The notes under the pieces are model-generated. The model was not told the DNA's origin. It saw only the letters and a program-made list of their open reading frames with translations, and made no database searches. From sequence record MN445185.1: a DNA stretch of 64,000 nucleotides; one strand, written 5' to 3'. Made by a program: the position numbers and the translations under genes. Position 1 is the first letter of the stretch; each line of letters opens with the position of its first letter. Shown one piece after another: positions 18,151 through 27,891 of this stretch.

Positions 18151-20895
18151 TTAGAGGACGTTGTCTGGGTTGTCGTCGGTAGTTCCTTCACCACCTTCTG
18201 TGCCTTCCGTTCCCTCGGTAGTTGTTTCCGTGGTTTCGGTCGACTCAGTCGTTTCCCCTGTACTATCCCCGTCGGTTCCGTTATCCGTATCGAAATCGAG
18301 GTCTAAATCATCGTCACCCCCACCACCGAGATCTCCTTCGCCACCACCGGTGTCACCGCCCGCATCAAAACCACCGCTGAATCCGCCAGCAGATTCGTTA
18401 GGGTCAAGGTCAGCATTTTTCGCCAACGTTTCCAGACGACCTGTAAAACGTTTCGCCAACTGAATCAGCGTCTTCGAAGCAGCCATCGCTTCATCAGTCA
18501 TCATGGTGATGTTGTCTTGACGAGATTTATCGTCGTAAACCAGATCGAAGAAGTCAGTTTCAATGCCTTGTTTACGCAGCCAGTTGCGCGTATAGAAGGA
18601 TTTGATCATCGTCTTCAGATCGTTCGGGTCCATCGAGATGCCTTCTTGCTGGAGTTGCGCAGCAATGTCATCCGTTACAACCAGATCAGCCAGCTTCTCA
18701 AAGAACTCCGTACGTTTATCGAACAGCTCCATCTGCGAAGCTGCTGCAGAGGTGTCTGGCGGTGGTAAGGTTACTTTCATACCGTTGATAAACGCAGCCA
18801 GGTACTCAGAGACCTTTTTCGTAATCTGGTCAGTAGTCATCCCATTGCCGTTAGCATTGATATACTCTGCAATGATTTTAATCATCGCTGATTGCAACGA
18901 CGGGGAGGCCAACATCCCATTAACTACGTAACGTGTCAGTGGCTTAGAGAGAATCTCTTGCTTCTTAACAACTTGTTGCGTGACCAGCAACGATTTAGAG
19001 AAAATCTGTGAAGCGAATTCGATGTTCTCGGGGGTCATTACCAGGTCGGGGTCAACGCCAGCGATGTGACAAGTGCGACGTAACAGACCTTCGTCGAAAT
19101 CCTTATCCGGGTATTTATAATCCGGCGTAGTATCCGACACAGACACTTTGGTACTACCGTAGTAGTCGTTACCAATAACGTTAAACGCAATACCTGCGTT
19201 TGTCGTCATTGCCCAGGTGTCGTTCATGTCCCCCCACATCGGTTGACGACGGTTATAGGAGTTCATGATGTCTGTTTTCAGCTGGTCAATTGTTTTCTGA
19301 CCGTTCATGTCGTCTGGTGCCAACTCAATGTCGTACTGCATGTGACGTGCAGAGTTCAACACCGCAGAGTTCATGGTAGCGAACAACAGCGCCATACGGA
19401 CAGTAGAGATAACGAACGAGCGTTCGGTAATAGACACACCGATACCATCTTCATCAAAGTCCGTGGCAAAATAGCAAAGGTTTTCCGCAGGAATATAGAT
19501 AACCTGCGTGTGGCGTTTTGCCAGATGGCGCGCCAGCATGATACGGCTGAACGTTTCGGTTACCGTCATGCTAATCTCAGCACCACCCAACGCCTCACCC
19601 AACGCTTTTGTCAGCTGGTCTTCAGCAATCTCACCATAACGCGCTGTTAAGCGGTTAGCAATGTCTGGTGTGATTCGGGTTGTGTTGCCCATCCCCAGAT
19701 TCGCGCGGTTGATTGTCGAATCTACCATACCGTCGTTGTTCAGGTAGTTCATGAAGTTCGCATCCCCGTAAAGTGTGGAACGCGAGTTAATGAAGTTACC
19801 CATTTCGTCAACGATGGCCAGATAACCTATGGGGTTACGAACATCGTCACCGATAACGAGTGGGAGTGTGGACTCTGCTGGCAGTAATCGTTCCGTGTAT
19901 TCGATTTTGTTGGCATCGGAGAAACTCATCTTCGGTACTTCGCCGTAAAGCTTTTGCTCAGGCGTTTTCTGGTACGCTTCGTTGAGGTCGCCGATGTTGA
20001 TTAAACCGAGTTTTGCCTTCTCTTGTTCACTGTCTGTGAACTGGTCAGCGTTATACTCTGACGCACCTGTCGGCGTAGAAGGTTGTTCATATGCGTACTG
20101 CTCTAACTGACCGAACAGGCCGGTGCGAGCATTCTCCTGTGCTACACGGCGATAAGCCTCCGGTAGCAGGGTAATACGCGGGTTGTCGGTGATAACGATA
20201 TCCAGGGAAGCTAACATACCGTCTGCTTTAAACGGACTGTTAGGGGCTGCTGCAAAGTTAAGTTTAATGGTTTGTGGCTTGGTGGGCTTGTCAGCTCCAC
20301 GTGCACGACCCAGAATACTTTCTACACCAACCTTCGGTTTGTTCTCACCACCAATCTTGCCTAAAATACCCAACTGACGTTCAAAGAAGTCAGATTGGCT
20401 ACGGCGCAACGATTCGGTTGCAACAGACGGCTTTAAGCCGAAGAGTTCATCGAATCCGGTATCTGAAATCAGCAACACCGGGCTCGCGCCTTTGGATTTC
20501 AGTGCATCGTAAATCCACTGATACAGTTTGTTGGGTAACTGGCGCGTGTGGTCATGGAATTCACGCACAGGTTCCAACAACTGTTGACGCAGGTCGATCG
20601 GGATATCAGCCACGTTGTCGTAAATCAGCGTGGTGTTAATCAAATCTTTTGTGGACAGGAGTGAGGAGGTCGCGATGGTAACAATGACCTCTAACTCAGG
20701 GAGCGCATCAAAGATACGTTCGGCATTTTTAACGGTGCGAATGCGGCTACTCGCAATGCCCGTGAGTTCTGTACGGGTTGGTGTAACGCCACCATCTTCA
20801 CGCTTACCGCGTTGCTGCTGAGCCGACGGGCTCGTGGACTTACGCAGTATGGCAGCTACCGCGGGGTCGCCCGTTAATTTACTAATATCTTCCAT
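18151..20895 (-). CDS. Portal protein (phiKZ gp129/SPN3US gp81-like)
   Basis: 914 aa; AxE sites ATE161 and AQE254; acidic disordered tail; synteny. Confidence 0.8.
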   Translation of the reverse strand: MEDISKLTGDPAVAAILRKSTSPSAQQQRGKREDGGVTPTRTELTGIASSRIRTVKNAERIFDALPELEVIVTIATSSLLSTKDLINTTLIYDNVADIPIDLRQQLLEPVREFHDHTRQLPNKLYQWIYDALKSKGASPVLLISDTGFDELFGLKPSVATESLRRSQSDFFERQLGILGKIGGENKPKVGVESILGRARGADKPTKPQTIKLNFAAAPNSPFKADGMLASLDIVITDNPRITLLPEAYRRVAQENARTGLFGQLEQYAYEQPSTPTGASEYNADQFTDSEQEKAKLGLINIGDLNEAYQKTPEQKLYGEVPKMSFSDANKIEYTERLLPAESTLPLVIGDDVRNPIGYLAIVDEMGNFINSRSTLYGDANFMNYLNNDGMVDSTINRANLGMGNTTRITPDIANRLTARYGEIAEDQLTKALGEALGGAEISMTVTETFSRIMLARHLAKRHTQVIYIPAENLCYFATDFDEDGIGVSITERSFVISTVRMALLFATMNSAVLNSARHMQYDIELAPDDMNGQKTIDQLKTDIMNSYNRRQPMWGDMNDTWAMTTNAGIAFNVIGNDYYGSTKVSVSDTTPDYKYPDKDFDEGLLRRTCHIAGVDPDLVMTPENIEFASQIFSKSLLVTQQVVKKQEILSKPLTRYVVNGMLASPSLQSAMIKIIAEYINANGNGMTTDQITKKVSEYLAAFINGMKVTLPPPDTSAAASQMELFDKRTEFFEKLADLVVTDDIAAQLQQEGISMDPNDLKTMIKSFYTRNWLRKQGIETDFFDLVYDDKSRQDNITMMTDEAMAASKTLIQLAKRFTGRLETLAKNADLDPNESAGGFSGGFDAGGDTGGGEGDLGGGGDDDLDLDFDTDNGTDGDSTGETTESTETTETTTEGTEGTEGGEGTTDDNPDNVL

Positions 20896-20906
20896 TGGGG
20901 TCTCCG

Positions 20907-23090
20907 ATGCAGAGATTTAACATTTTTCGTGACCAGGCTATCCAGTTAGCGAAATCCCTGATTGTCAAATCAGAGAGCATCGCACAACAGATGAACCTGG
21001 CAATAACCAAAAACGGCGGTTTCGTTTCCGAGAACCGTGAGACGTGGCGGTATTACCTACACTTAGCAGGTAAACGACATGCAATCGACAAGCCGATATA
21101 CATTACGTCACTCGACACGCAAGAGCAGATAGAGTTAACGACGCAGAACCTCTCCCGTCATAAAAAGACCTCAAACGTATATCGTTCTAACCCGGAGTAT
21201 ATCGACGACTTAATCGCCGAGTATCCGGACTACGCAGTATATATTCGAGGCACTTTCAATCCGATTGATATTGCATACGCGATACGTGTCGATGACTGCT
21301 CAATTTTGTATTACGATCCTGCTTTAGTTGAACCGCAGGAGACGTCGTTAATTACACATATTGAGAACTTTATTCGTGCGGCACATGTGCGGTTCATGGC
21401 CGATGGCTGGAAAGTTCACAACGACTGTTTCGTACTGGCCTTTTACATGCAACAGTACCCGGTGTGGCCGGGGCTTATCATGTACATCCGCAAACGGTTA
21501 CAGTTTACGACCGAAACGCACTCCTACTACGTGACCGAGTTCTTGGCTTCACACCAAGAACTGCACGAGTTCATGCCGTACCTGACCCTCAAGCAGAAAT
21601 TCACACTGTATCGCAATATCCGTTACTGGGAACGTAACTCTGGTAAGGAAGAAATCTTTACCTGGATGATTGACACCCTGCTGACGGGTTGGGGTATGCC
21701 TGCTGTTGGATATAAGGTCGCCCAGCAGATTCACGACCCGACGACGGGCAGTGATGATGACCTGACACCACTCCCGATCGGCTACCAGTCATCGCTTAAC
21801 TATACTGAACGTGACTCGGGTCGTGACCTGGACATTGTTAGCACAACTGACATCATCCGGAAAGAAATCAATCTGGCGTACAATAACCCAGTGCACGAAC
21901 CTGACTATCAGGAAGACCTCGATCGGCGTTTGAGCTTGACGCAGTATCCGAACCTGCCAACGAAGTTAGTTGAGGTAACGGCGATTGACCCAGAGGCCAT
22001 CGAACGTTGGGAATTTATGCATGGCTTGTTCAACGAGTGGATGCATATCGTGGCACGTGGACAGTACAACATTTACCACGAAATTCTTAACCCAACGAAC
22101 GGGGATACGCTAAAGCTCACTTCAAAAGAGCTGCTGGCACTGTTCTTGTATGCGAGCTTCAAAGGTTATTCTGGCGTAGCACTGGATAAGATCCCGGTGT
22201 GGAACGTGTTTGGTGTGTTAATCAAACGCTGGGTTGGTTTTGATGAGATGGAGCAGTATCTGCCAAGCTCATGGCCCGGTCGTTTTAATGCGTTGATTAA
22301 CTATTACACGGACACGCATCATGAAGTTATCGGTAATTTGACGTCTGCAGATGAGTTGTACGATGAAATCAGCGAAATCATGGTGCAGAAGCGTCGTCGT
22401 TACCGTTACTCGTATAATCGACACAAGCTAGCCGACCGTGCTGCCGGCACAATGTTGTTTACCTACCACTACCGTGACTATAAGTGCGATCTTGACCTAC
22501 CTTACCGCGATTACGACGAGTTCTTCAAAACGTTTGGTTTTGATTACAAGTTAGTCTCCGCGGAAACCTGGCAGGACATCGCCACCGACGCTTTAAACGT
22601 GGCCACTAATCTGGAAACACGTGCGTCTGTCTCACAAGCTGAAATACAACGCGCGATGGTGCGGTTAATGACGAAACTCTCGTCGTATACTGTCCATTTT
22701 GCCGCACGTATGGGTTCTGACACCTACGATGTCACCGACCCAGTCATCCCGATTCTGGATGATATTCTCGCAGAGGCTGCCGATACAACAAATATCATTT
22801 ACCCTCTGACAGACGTGCAGCGTGTGAGCCGTAGTTCATTCATGACGACGGATAAGCCCATCCCTGTCGCTCCCGTGATAAAGGAAATGGCAATCCCGCA
22901 ACGTATTAAGTTGCGGATGAATGTCTACCCTGGTATCCGCGTGAAGGTCGAGCAGGATGTTGTGGTCGATATGGTACAGCCGCCTATTGATATTATCCGT
23001 GTGCGGACGTCATTTGAGGAGTGGACGCTTGCCGAGCGCGTGGCCGACCGTGACATGGATGGCTTCCGGTTAGACCAATTACCAAAGTGA
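20907..23090 (+). CDS. Virion structural protein, probable baseplate wedge (phiKZ gp128-like)
   Basis: 727 aa from ATG 20907; WRYYLHLAG and IRYWERNSGK segments recall this family; head-to-head with portal. Confidence 0.6.
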   Translation: MQRFNIFRDQAIQLAKSLIVKSESIAQQMNLAITKNGGFVSENRETWRYYLHLAGKRHAIDKPIYITSLDTQEQIELTTQNLSRHKKTSNVYRSNPEYIDDLIAEYPDYAVYIRGTFNPIDIAYAIRVDDCSILYYDPALVEPQETSLITHIENFIRAAHVRFMADGWKVHNDCFVLAFYMQQYPVWPGLIMYIRKRLQFTTETHSYYVTEFLASHQELHEFMPYLTLKQKFTLYRNIRYWERNSGKEEIFTWMIDTLLTGWGMPAVGYKVAQQIHDPTTGSDDDLTPLPIGYQSSLNYTERDSGRDLDIVSTTDIIRKEINLAYNNPVHEPDYQEDLDRRLSLTQYPNLPTKLVEVTAIDPEAIERWEFMHGLFNEWMHIVARGQYNIYHEILNPTNGDTLKLTSKELLALFLYASFKGYSGVALDKIPVWNVFGVLIKRWVGFDEMEQYLPSSWPGRFNALINYYTDTHHEVIGNLTSADELYDEISEIMVQKRRRYRYSYNRHKLADRAAGTMLFTYHYRDYKCDLDLPYRDYDEFFKTFGFDYKLVSAETWQDIATDALNVATNLETRASVSQAEIQRAMVRLMTKLSSYTVHFAARMGSDTYDVTDPVIPILDDILAEAADTTNIIYPLTDVQRVSRSSFMTTDKPIPVAPVIKEMAIPQRIKLRMNVYPGIRVKVEQDVVVDMVQPPIDIIRVRTSFEEWTLAERVADRDMDGFRLDQLPK

Positions 23091-23097
23091 GAGACTT

Positions 23098-23625
23098 ATG
23101 GGATACCGTATAGATTTATCAAAAACCCCGAAACAGATTCTGGTTGAGAGAATCAATTACGTTTTTAAGTTATCGTATAGTGAAAATAACTACGAGTTTA
23201 ACCCACGTGGGGTGTGGCCGTTAACCCAAGCAGAGCGACGCGCTAAAGGTGTGGAGTCTAAAGTTGCGGCGCGCTTTGTAAATGGGGTACACGGCACTCA
23301 AGAGTTTTACCTGACTCGTGCGGACTTAAACAAGTTACTTAAAGACGTAACGGTTGAAGTCCCGAAGGGTGCGGCAGAATGGAGCCATGAATTAGTTCCG
23401 TATATTGTCGATGAGCTGGGTCTCCAGCTTGACACCTACGATATCATGGTTGAACCGATTACCCCGGAAATGGAATCGTATGAGGCGCGCTTAATCCCGC
23501 ACCATCTATCTTTCAAAGGCACGATTGCGATTACTTTTGTTGACCCAACTCCCCGTAAGCTGGCGCAGCTGGTAACTAAACGGGCACTCGACGGGTTTCG
23601 CCCAGGAGAATTTTTAAATGGCTAA
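23098..23625 (+). CDS. Virion protein, distant member of the paralog family
   Basis: S..ILVERIN..F, FYLTRADL, ELGLQL...DI and terminal LVTKRALDGF motifs shared with the 55.6-63 kb array. Confidence 0.6.
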   Translation: MGYRIDLSKTPKQILVERINYVFKLSYSENNYEFNPRGVWPLTQAERRAKGVESKVAARFVNGVHGTQEFYLTRADLNKLLKDVTVEVPKGAAEWSHELVPYIVDELGLQLDTYDIMVEPITPEMESYEARLIPHHLSFKGTIAITFVDPTPRKLAQLVTKRALDGFRPGEFLNG

Positions 23626-24505
23626 CACCAAAGTTTACGACGGTAAACTGTCAACAGTGACTCTTAACGCGATGCGACTTACGACCGCGCTATTGACAGG
23701 TGCTGACGTGCAGTACCCACAGAAATCCACGATGAATGAGTTTTATAAACTCATGACCGCGAAGGTTCCCGATGGCGCTACACGTCCGCATTTAGGATAC
23801 ATGTGCGTGGGTAACCGTGGTCACATCGTTGATCAGTCTGATGTTGTGGCAGACGTTGTTCCCGTCGCGAAATCCCCGATTGCGTCAGGGATGTTCTCGC
23901 GCGTTCCATTGGTACTGCGTACGTTGGATAATGACTTGTCTGATGAGCAACGTAAACAGTACGCTTTCCGTACTCGTGAAACTATCGGCGCGCGGGATTA
24001 CTGGGCGTATTATCTGAAACGTATCGACATGCGCGCAGTGAAGACCACTGACCTGGATATCACTCGCGAAAACGGTGTTGAAACCGTCAAAGATTTCGTC
24101 TATACCGATGCGGAACTGAACCCGGTACCGAAAGAACTCCCAGACTACGATTACGACGATGACGGCACTGTAGAGATCCCCGACGGTCGTTATGTTGAAT
24201 CGGGCGCAGACCTGGTGATTCCATGGACTGAGTTTGATGTTCAGGAATACATGAACGTGACGGCGATTCTACGTGGTACGCCACGCAGTTCGATTATCTC
24301 TGAAATTGCGCTGTGCTCTGGCGTTGATACCCCTGAAACGGGTGAGTCGGCTACCGGTTCACAGTTCAGCTACGACGAAGCTATCGGTGTGCAGGCGTTG
24401 TACTACATCTCCCTGTTCACTAACCTGGCACAGACCAACGATCGTCTGTCACTGACCATCCGTATCGGCCAGCCGGCACCGTGGTTCTTAGGGACAGCTA
24501 ACTGA
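23618..24505 (+). CDS. Virion structural protein (baseplate; phiKZ gp139-like)
   Basis: 295 aa; YMCVGNRGH, PLVLR...NDL...R..YA.R, ISEIALCSG motifs typical of this family. Confidence 0.65.
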   Translation: MANTKVYDGKLSTVTLNAMRLTTALLTGADVQYPQKSTMNEFYKLMTAKVPDGATRPHLGYMCVGNRGHIVDQSDVVADVVPVAKSPIASGMFSRVPLVLRTLDNDLSDEQRKQYAFRTRETIGARDYWAYYLKRIDMRAVKTTDLDITRENGVETVKDFVYTDAELNPVPKELPDYDYDDDGTVEIPDGRYVESGADLVIPWTEFDVQEYMNVTAILRGTPRSSIISEIALCSGVDTPETGESATGSQFSYDEAIGVQALYYISLFTNLAQTNDRLSLTIRIGQPAPWFLGTAN

Positions 24506-25155
24506 TGCTGATTCCTGAGCCGAGGTTACCCGACAGTATGGTGAGGATTGCGGCTGTTGACCCCGGTACTGCCCATCTTGGGATGGCGGTTATCGACTGG
24601 GAATTTGGCCAACCTCAAGGTGAAGTTGTCTGGGCGGGCACGGCTCATGTTGCGGACCCTACGCACAATGGCTCTTTTGGTGAGTGCGTAGGGAAACGCG
24701 ATGCGCGTTTGGTAGAATTAGAAGAACGCTTTCGTGAGTTTTTAAAACTGGCAAGGCCGACTTTTGTCGCTACCGAAACTCCGTTCATGCGAAGAGCTAA
24801 GCTCTCAGCGTACGAGTCTGGGGTGGAGTTGCAACTGATGTTGCGGCGAACGCTTTGGGACGTGTTTCCCGAAAAATATCTCCATGGGTTTAATCCTATT
24901 ATTGTGAAGTCGTACGTTGGTGTGGAAGCAAAGGGTACAGATAAATCGCATATGCAGCAAGCGGTTACCAAGCTCTACGCTAACCATACCCGGTGCGACT
25001 TATCGGTATTGGATGAACACAGTATCGATGCCGTGGCGGTGGGTAATATCTTCGTCAGGGTCAACTTATTAAACCTAAATAGTCTCCTTCCGCCCAAGGT
25101 TAAAGTTCCTAAAGCTAAGGCTGGTAAGCGGAAAGGAAGACGCCGGAGGAAATAG
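24505..25155 (+). CDS. ruvC: RuvC-like Holliday junction resolvase
   Basis: IAAVDPGT (catalytic D), VATETPF (E), HSIDAVAVG (D); basic C-terminal tail. Confidence 0.85.
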   Translation: MLIPEPRLPDSMVRIAAVDPGTAHLGMAVIDWEFGQPQGEVVWAGTAHVADPTHNGSFGECVGKRDARLVELEERFREFLKLARPTFVATETPFMRRAKLSAYESGVELQLMLRRTLWDVFPEKYLHGFNPIIVKSYVGVEAKGTDKSHMQQAVTKLYANHTRCDLSVLDEHSIDAVAVGNIFVRVNLLNLNSLLPPKVKVPKAKAGKRKGRRRRK

Positions 25156-25157
25156 CG

Positions 25158-25730
25158 ATGTCGCAGTCTTTGCAAGAAGCCTCGACGGATGTGTTGGATG
25201 TTCTTATCCAGGCGGGCACCAATAAATTAAGCCTGGAAGAGAGTAAACGACTAAAAACAGCCGCCCAGACCGCCTTGGGAAGTGATGTTGAAATTGATGT
25301 CACTAAACCTGCTAACGTGATTCTTACTTCTTTACGCCCCCTCATCCTTGAGCAGGTGGGGAACATGGCGAAAACGTTTGAATCGCAAGCAAAAGCCGCC
25401 GTAGAAAGCATGGATGAAAAGCTCGCCAAAGAAACGTTATTGACCCTGTGGCCAAATTTGAAAGGTCCGCAGAAAGTCCTTATCGTTTTGTTGGTGCTGA
25501 CCACTGTGGTGATTACTGGCGTGATGGCCTGGGACACACACCTGCATTATCCACAAGAGTTAACGGATGTGCTGGTTGTGGCGCTCTTACCTTTGTTTGC
25601 TCAGGCCGTGTTCTTTACATGGCCGATTAAGACGCTTGCTTATAACTCGATGGCCATTGGTGCCAAAGTTGTTGAATACAAGCTGAATAAGAGCAACGCG
25701 AAGCAACAGACTACCGCACCTAAAGTGTAA
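25158..25730 (+). CDS. Membrane protein with two predicted TM helices
   Basis: VLIVLLVLTTVVITGVMAW and VLVVALLPLFAQAVFFTW hydrophobic stretches. Confidence 0.7.
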   Translation: MSQSLQEASTDVLDVLIQAGTNKLSLEESKRLKTAAQTALGSDVEIDVTKPANVILTSLRPLILEQVGNMAKTFESQAKAAVESMDEKLAKETLLTLWPNLKGPQKVLIVLLVLTTVVITGVMAWDTHLHYPQELTDVLVVALLPLFAQAVFFTWPIKTLAYNSMAIGAKVVEYKLNKSNAKQQTTAPKV

Positions 25731-25732
25731 TT

Positions 25733-25775
25733 AAGCCCTCTTCTCCTCCGGGGGAAGAGGCTTCTTATTTTTTTT
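25733..25775 (+). terminator. Rho-independent terminator
   Basis: CCTCTTCTCC-TCCG-GGGGAAGAGG followed by a T-tract. Confidence 0.85.
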
Positions 25776-25776
25776 A

Positions 25777-25799
25777 TTACGTCTACGTAAATTACTGTG
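25777..25799 (+). promoter_or_regulatory. TTAC-N15-TGTG promoter candidate
   Basis: Exact spacing; directly after the terminator U-tract and before 25828. Confidence 0.55.
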
Positions 25800-25827
25800 T
25801 AAGCACGACCCAAAAGGAATATAAAAA

Positions 25828-26466
25828 ATGCAATTACAATTTCGTCAACGGTCTGTACTACTACCGTTTAGCGCTATATTAGGTTCGTTTACCAAAATGC
25901 TGTCTGTGGATTTTACTGCAGCTGAGAAAGAAGCGCTGTTATTGGCGGCAGTCGAAGAAGTATTGTGGGAGGCATTTTACGTAGTGCCGTTTCGTAGCTG
26001 CTTAAACGCCCCGTATGTTGAAGGGCAGTTTGTCAGCGCGCTTTCCGCCGCGATTACCAAACGTAAACTAAATGCCATGGCGCATGTCAAAGAGATCACC
26101 GCGCAACGAGGACGGATATTCGCTGCCGTCAGAAATGTGTTAATTAAAGAAGGGTTTCTTGCAGATGCGTTAGGTCCCGAAGTTCCTTGGGAACCAGGCC
26201 ATCCGCCGCGTCAGTTTGACCACGGGTACAAGTTAAATATAATTATGCCACGCGGTAAGCGTGACGTCTCATTGGGGAAATGGTTACAGATAAGTTGGGT
26301 TCGTCCTACTATCGATTGGCAAGAAATGTCGGTCAATCGCTATCTGGAACACCTGGCAAAAACACCGGCACAGTTTCACCGTTCAACAATCCTGCCGCTA
26401 CACATGCTGTTAAAACCGTCCCTGTCATTGGCAGAAGCCAGATACCTGCTTAGTGGAGAGAAGTGA
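25828..26466 (+). CDS. Hypothetical protein
   Basis: 212-aa ORF, AAGGA RBS. Confidence 0.7.
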   Translation: MQLQFRQRSVLLPFSAILGSFTKMLSVDFTAAEKEALLLAAVEEVLWEAFYVVPFRSCLNAPYVEGQFVSALSAAITKRKLNAMAHVKEITAQRGRIFAAVRNVLIKEGFLADALGPEVPWEPGHPPRQFDHGYKLNIIMPRGKRDVSLGKWLQISWVRPTIDWQEMSVNRYLEHLAKTPAQFHRSTILPLHMLLKPSLSLAEARYLLSGEK

Positions 26467-26948
26467 TGCTTGTTATTAATGTGGTCGAGGATAAGATTCC
26501 CGCGAATGTTTATCCTGAACTGGTTGAATGGGTGCGCGACTTAAACAGTATCCGCGAGGAGCCTATTAAACTCACGATGTTTGTTGAGGATGATATCGTG
26601 CGTGGAATCATGGCATGGGAACCTGGCCATTTGGTCTATATGGTAGTGCCCGAAGAATCGCGGCGGGGCGGTGTCGGCAGATTTATGCTTAAGTATCTTC
26701 AGCAGAACTCCGATCGTAAACACATCAGCTGTCGTGTTCACCCGACCAACATTCCCGCGCTAGGATTCTTTCACCAACAAGGCTTCCAGATTGACCGATG
26801 GTATATTGCTGCTGACGGCCAACGGTATTTTCGTATGACGAACTACAATGTTATTTCGTCACACACGCCACCGGAGGAAAAGCTTTTAACTCATTACGCT
26901 GAAAGCGTTCCCATTTTTCTCTCGATGGCAGAAGGTCATTTCGTCTAA
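26463..26948 (+). CDS. GNAT-family acetyltransferase
   Basis: Motif A RRGGVGRFML; motif B NIPALGFFHQQGF. Confidence 0.85.
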   Translation: MMLVINVVEDKIPANVYPELVEWVRDLNSIREEPIKLTMFVEDDIVRGIMAWEPGHLVYMVVPEESRRGGVGRFMLKYLQQNSDRKHISCRVHPTNIPALGFFHQQGFQIDRWYIAADGQRYFRMTNYNVISSHTPPEEKLLTHYAESVPIFLSMAEGHFV

Positions 26949-26965
26949 ACGAGCGAGAGTGTATA

Positions 26966-27442
26966 ATGATACGTGTTGCTTACGAAACACGAGATACGGA
27001 TGGAACCCGTATAAACGTCATCCGCCGTGTGGAGCTTGTTCCTCAGCATGAACTGAATATTGCAGACAGTTCGCTTAGGGGCACTCCTGTTAAGATTCTG
27101 AATCTTACGAGACGTTCTTTTCATCACAGTAAGACTTCACCAGCAATACGGTCCAGTAAAAGAAAAAGTTATGCCGATTTAAAACATCGGTTGTCCCGGC
27201 ATTTTCGTCGGAGTGCCTGGAAGGCTTTAGTTGAGATTTTGGTTGACGAACACCTTATCCAGAAGTTGGAATGGGAAGAGGTTCTCAAGGAAGCGGGCTA
27301 TCCAACTAAACCTTTCTCTTATCACTGGCATCACTTCAAAAAACAGTTCCATGATACTTTACAGGTATCGCCAAACACTCGCAACATGATTCACCGTTTG
27401 GAGAAAATGGACTGGCTTCTACCCTATCTGGAAGAGGACTAG
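26966..27442 (+). CDS. Hypothetical protein
   Basis: 158-aa ORF in operon. Confidence 0.65.
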   Translation: MIRVAYETRDTDGTRINVIRRVELVPQHELNIADSSLRGTPVKILNLTRRSFHHSKTSPAIRSSKRKSYADLKHRLSRHFRRSAWKALVEILVDEHLIQKLEWEEVLKEAGYPTKPFSYHWHHFKKQFHDTLQVSPNTRNMIHRLEKMDWLLPYLEED

Positions 27443-27444
27443 AT

Positions 27445-27834
27445 ATGATGCGTGCTGTATTAGCTGTGTTTATAATTTGCGTTACTACGTCAGTATACGC
27501 GTTTACTGTTCAGGACTTCCCGCAATACAAACCAATGTGGGAAACTGACGCACCTGTGAAATTCAGCGACAAAGATGAACCAGTCGTGTCGGTGGAGAAG
27601 GGTGAGTTTGCCGTGGTCAACTACGGACGTTCTGAACTGTGTCCAGGCGGTGGCTTTTATCTCATTAACACAAAGCGTAAGACGTACCAGCCGATAGATG
27701 CCGGTACGTGTTCGCCGAAAGTTAAAGCGACAATTGTCCCGTCAGTACGAACACATCGCAGCGTTAATACCCACCAGTTAACTTTTTGGGTAGGTAAAGA
27801 AATTTCCGCGCGGTATCCTTTGTACGATTACTAA
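27445..27834 (+). CDS. Secreted/periplasmic protein with signal peptide
   Basis: MMRAVLAVFIICVTTSVYA signal (SPI-like VYA|F); Cys pair in the mature part. Confidence 0.7.
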   Translation: MMRAVLAVFIICVTTSVYAFTVQDFPQYKPMWETDAPVKFSDKDEPVVSVEKGEFAVVNYGRSELCPGGGFYLINTKRKTYQPIDAGTCSPKVKATIVPSVRTHRSVNTHQLTFWVGKEISARYPLYDY

Positions 27835-27841
27835 ACACAGC

Positions 27842-27878
27842 GTATAGGGGCTTCGGCCCCTATACTGTTTATTATTTT
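27842..27878 (+). terminator. Rho-independent terminator
   Basis: GTATAGGGGC-TTCG-GCCCCTATAC followed by a T-rich tract. Confidence 0.85.
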
Positions 27879-27884
27879 CCTGTG
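27862..27884 (+). promoter_or_regulatory. ATAC-N15-TGTG promoter candidate
   Basis: Overlaps the terminator 3' arm; upstream of 27892. Confidence 0.45.
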
Positions 27885-27891
27885 AAGTATT

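Noticed and set aside
26955-26970. Host sigma70 promoter from TATAAT (also at 17769)
   Set aside because: No matching -35 or extended -10; phiKZ-like phages use their own RNAPs
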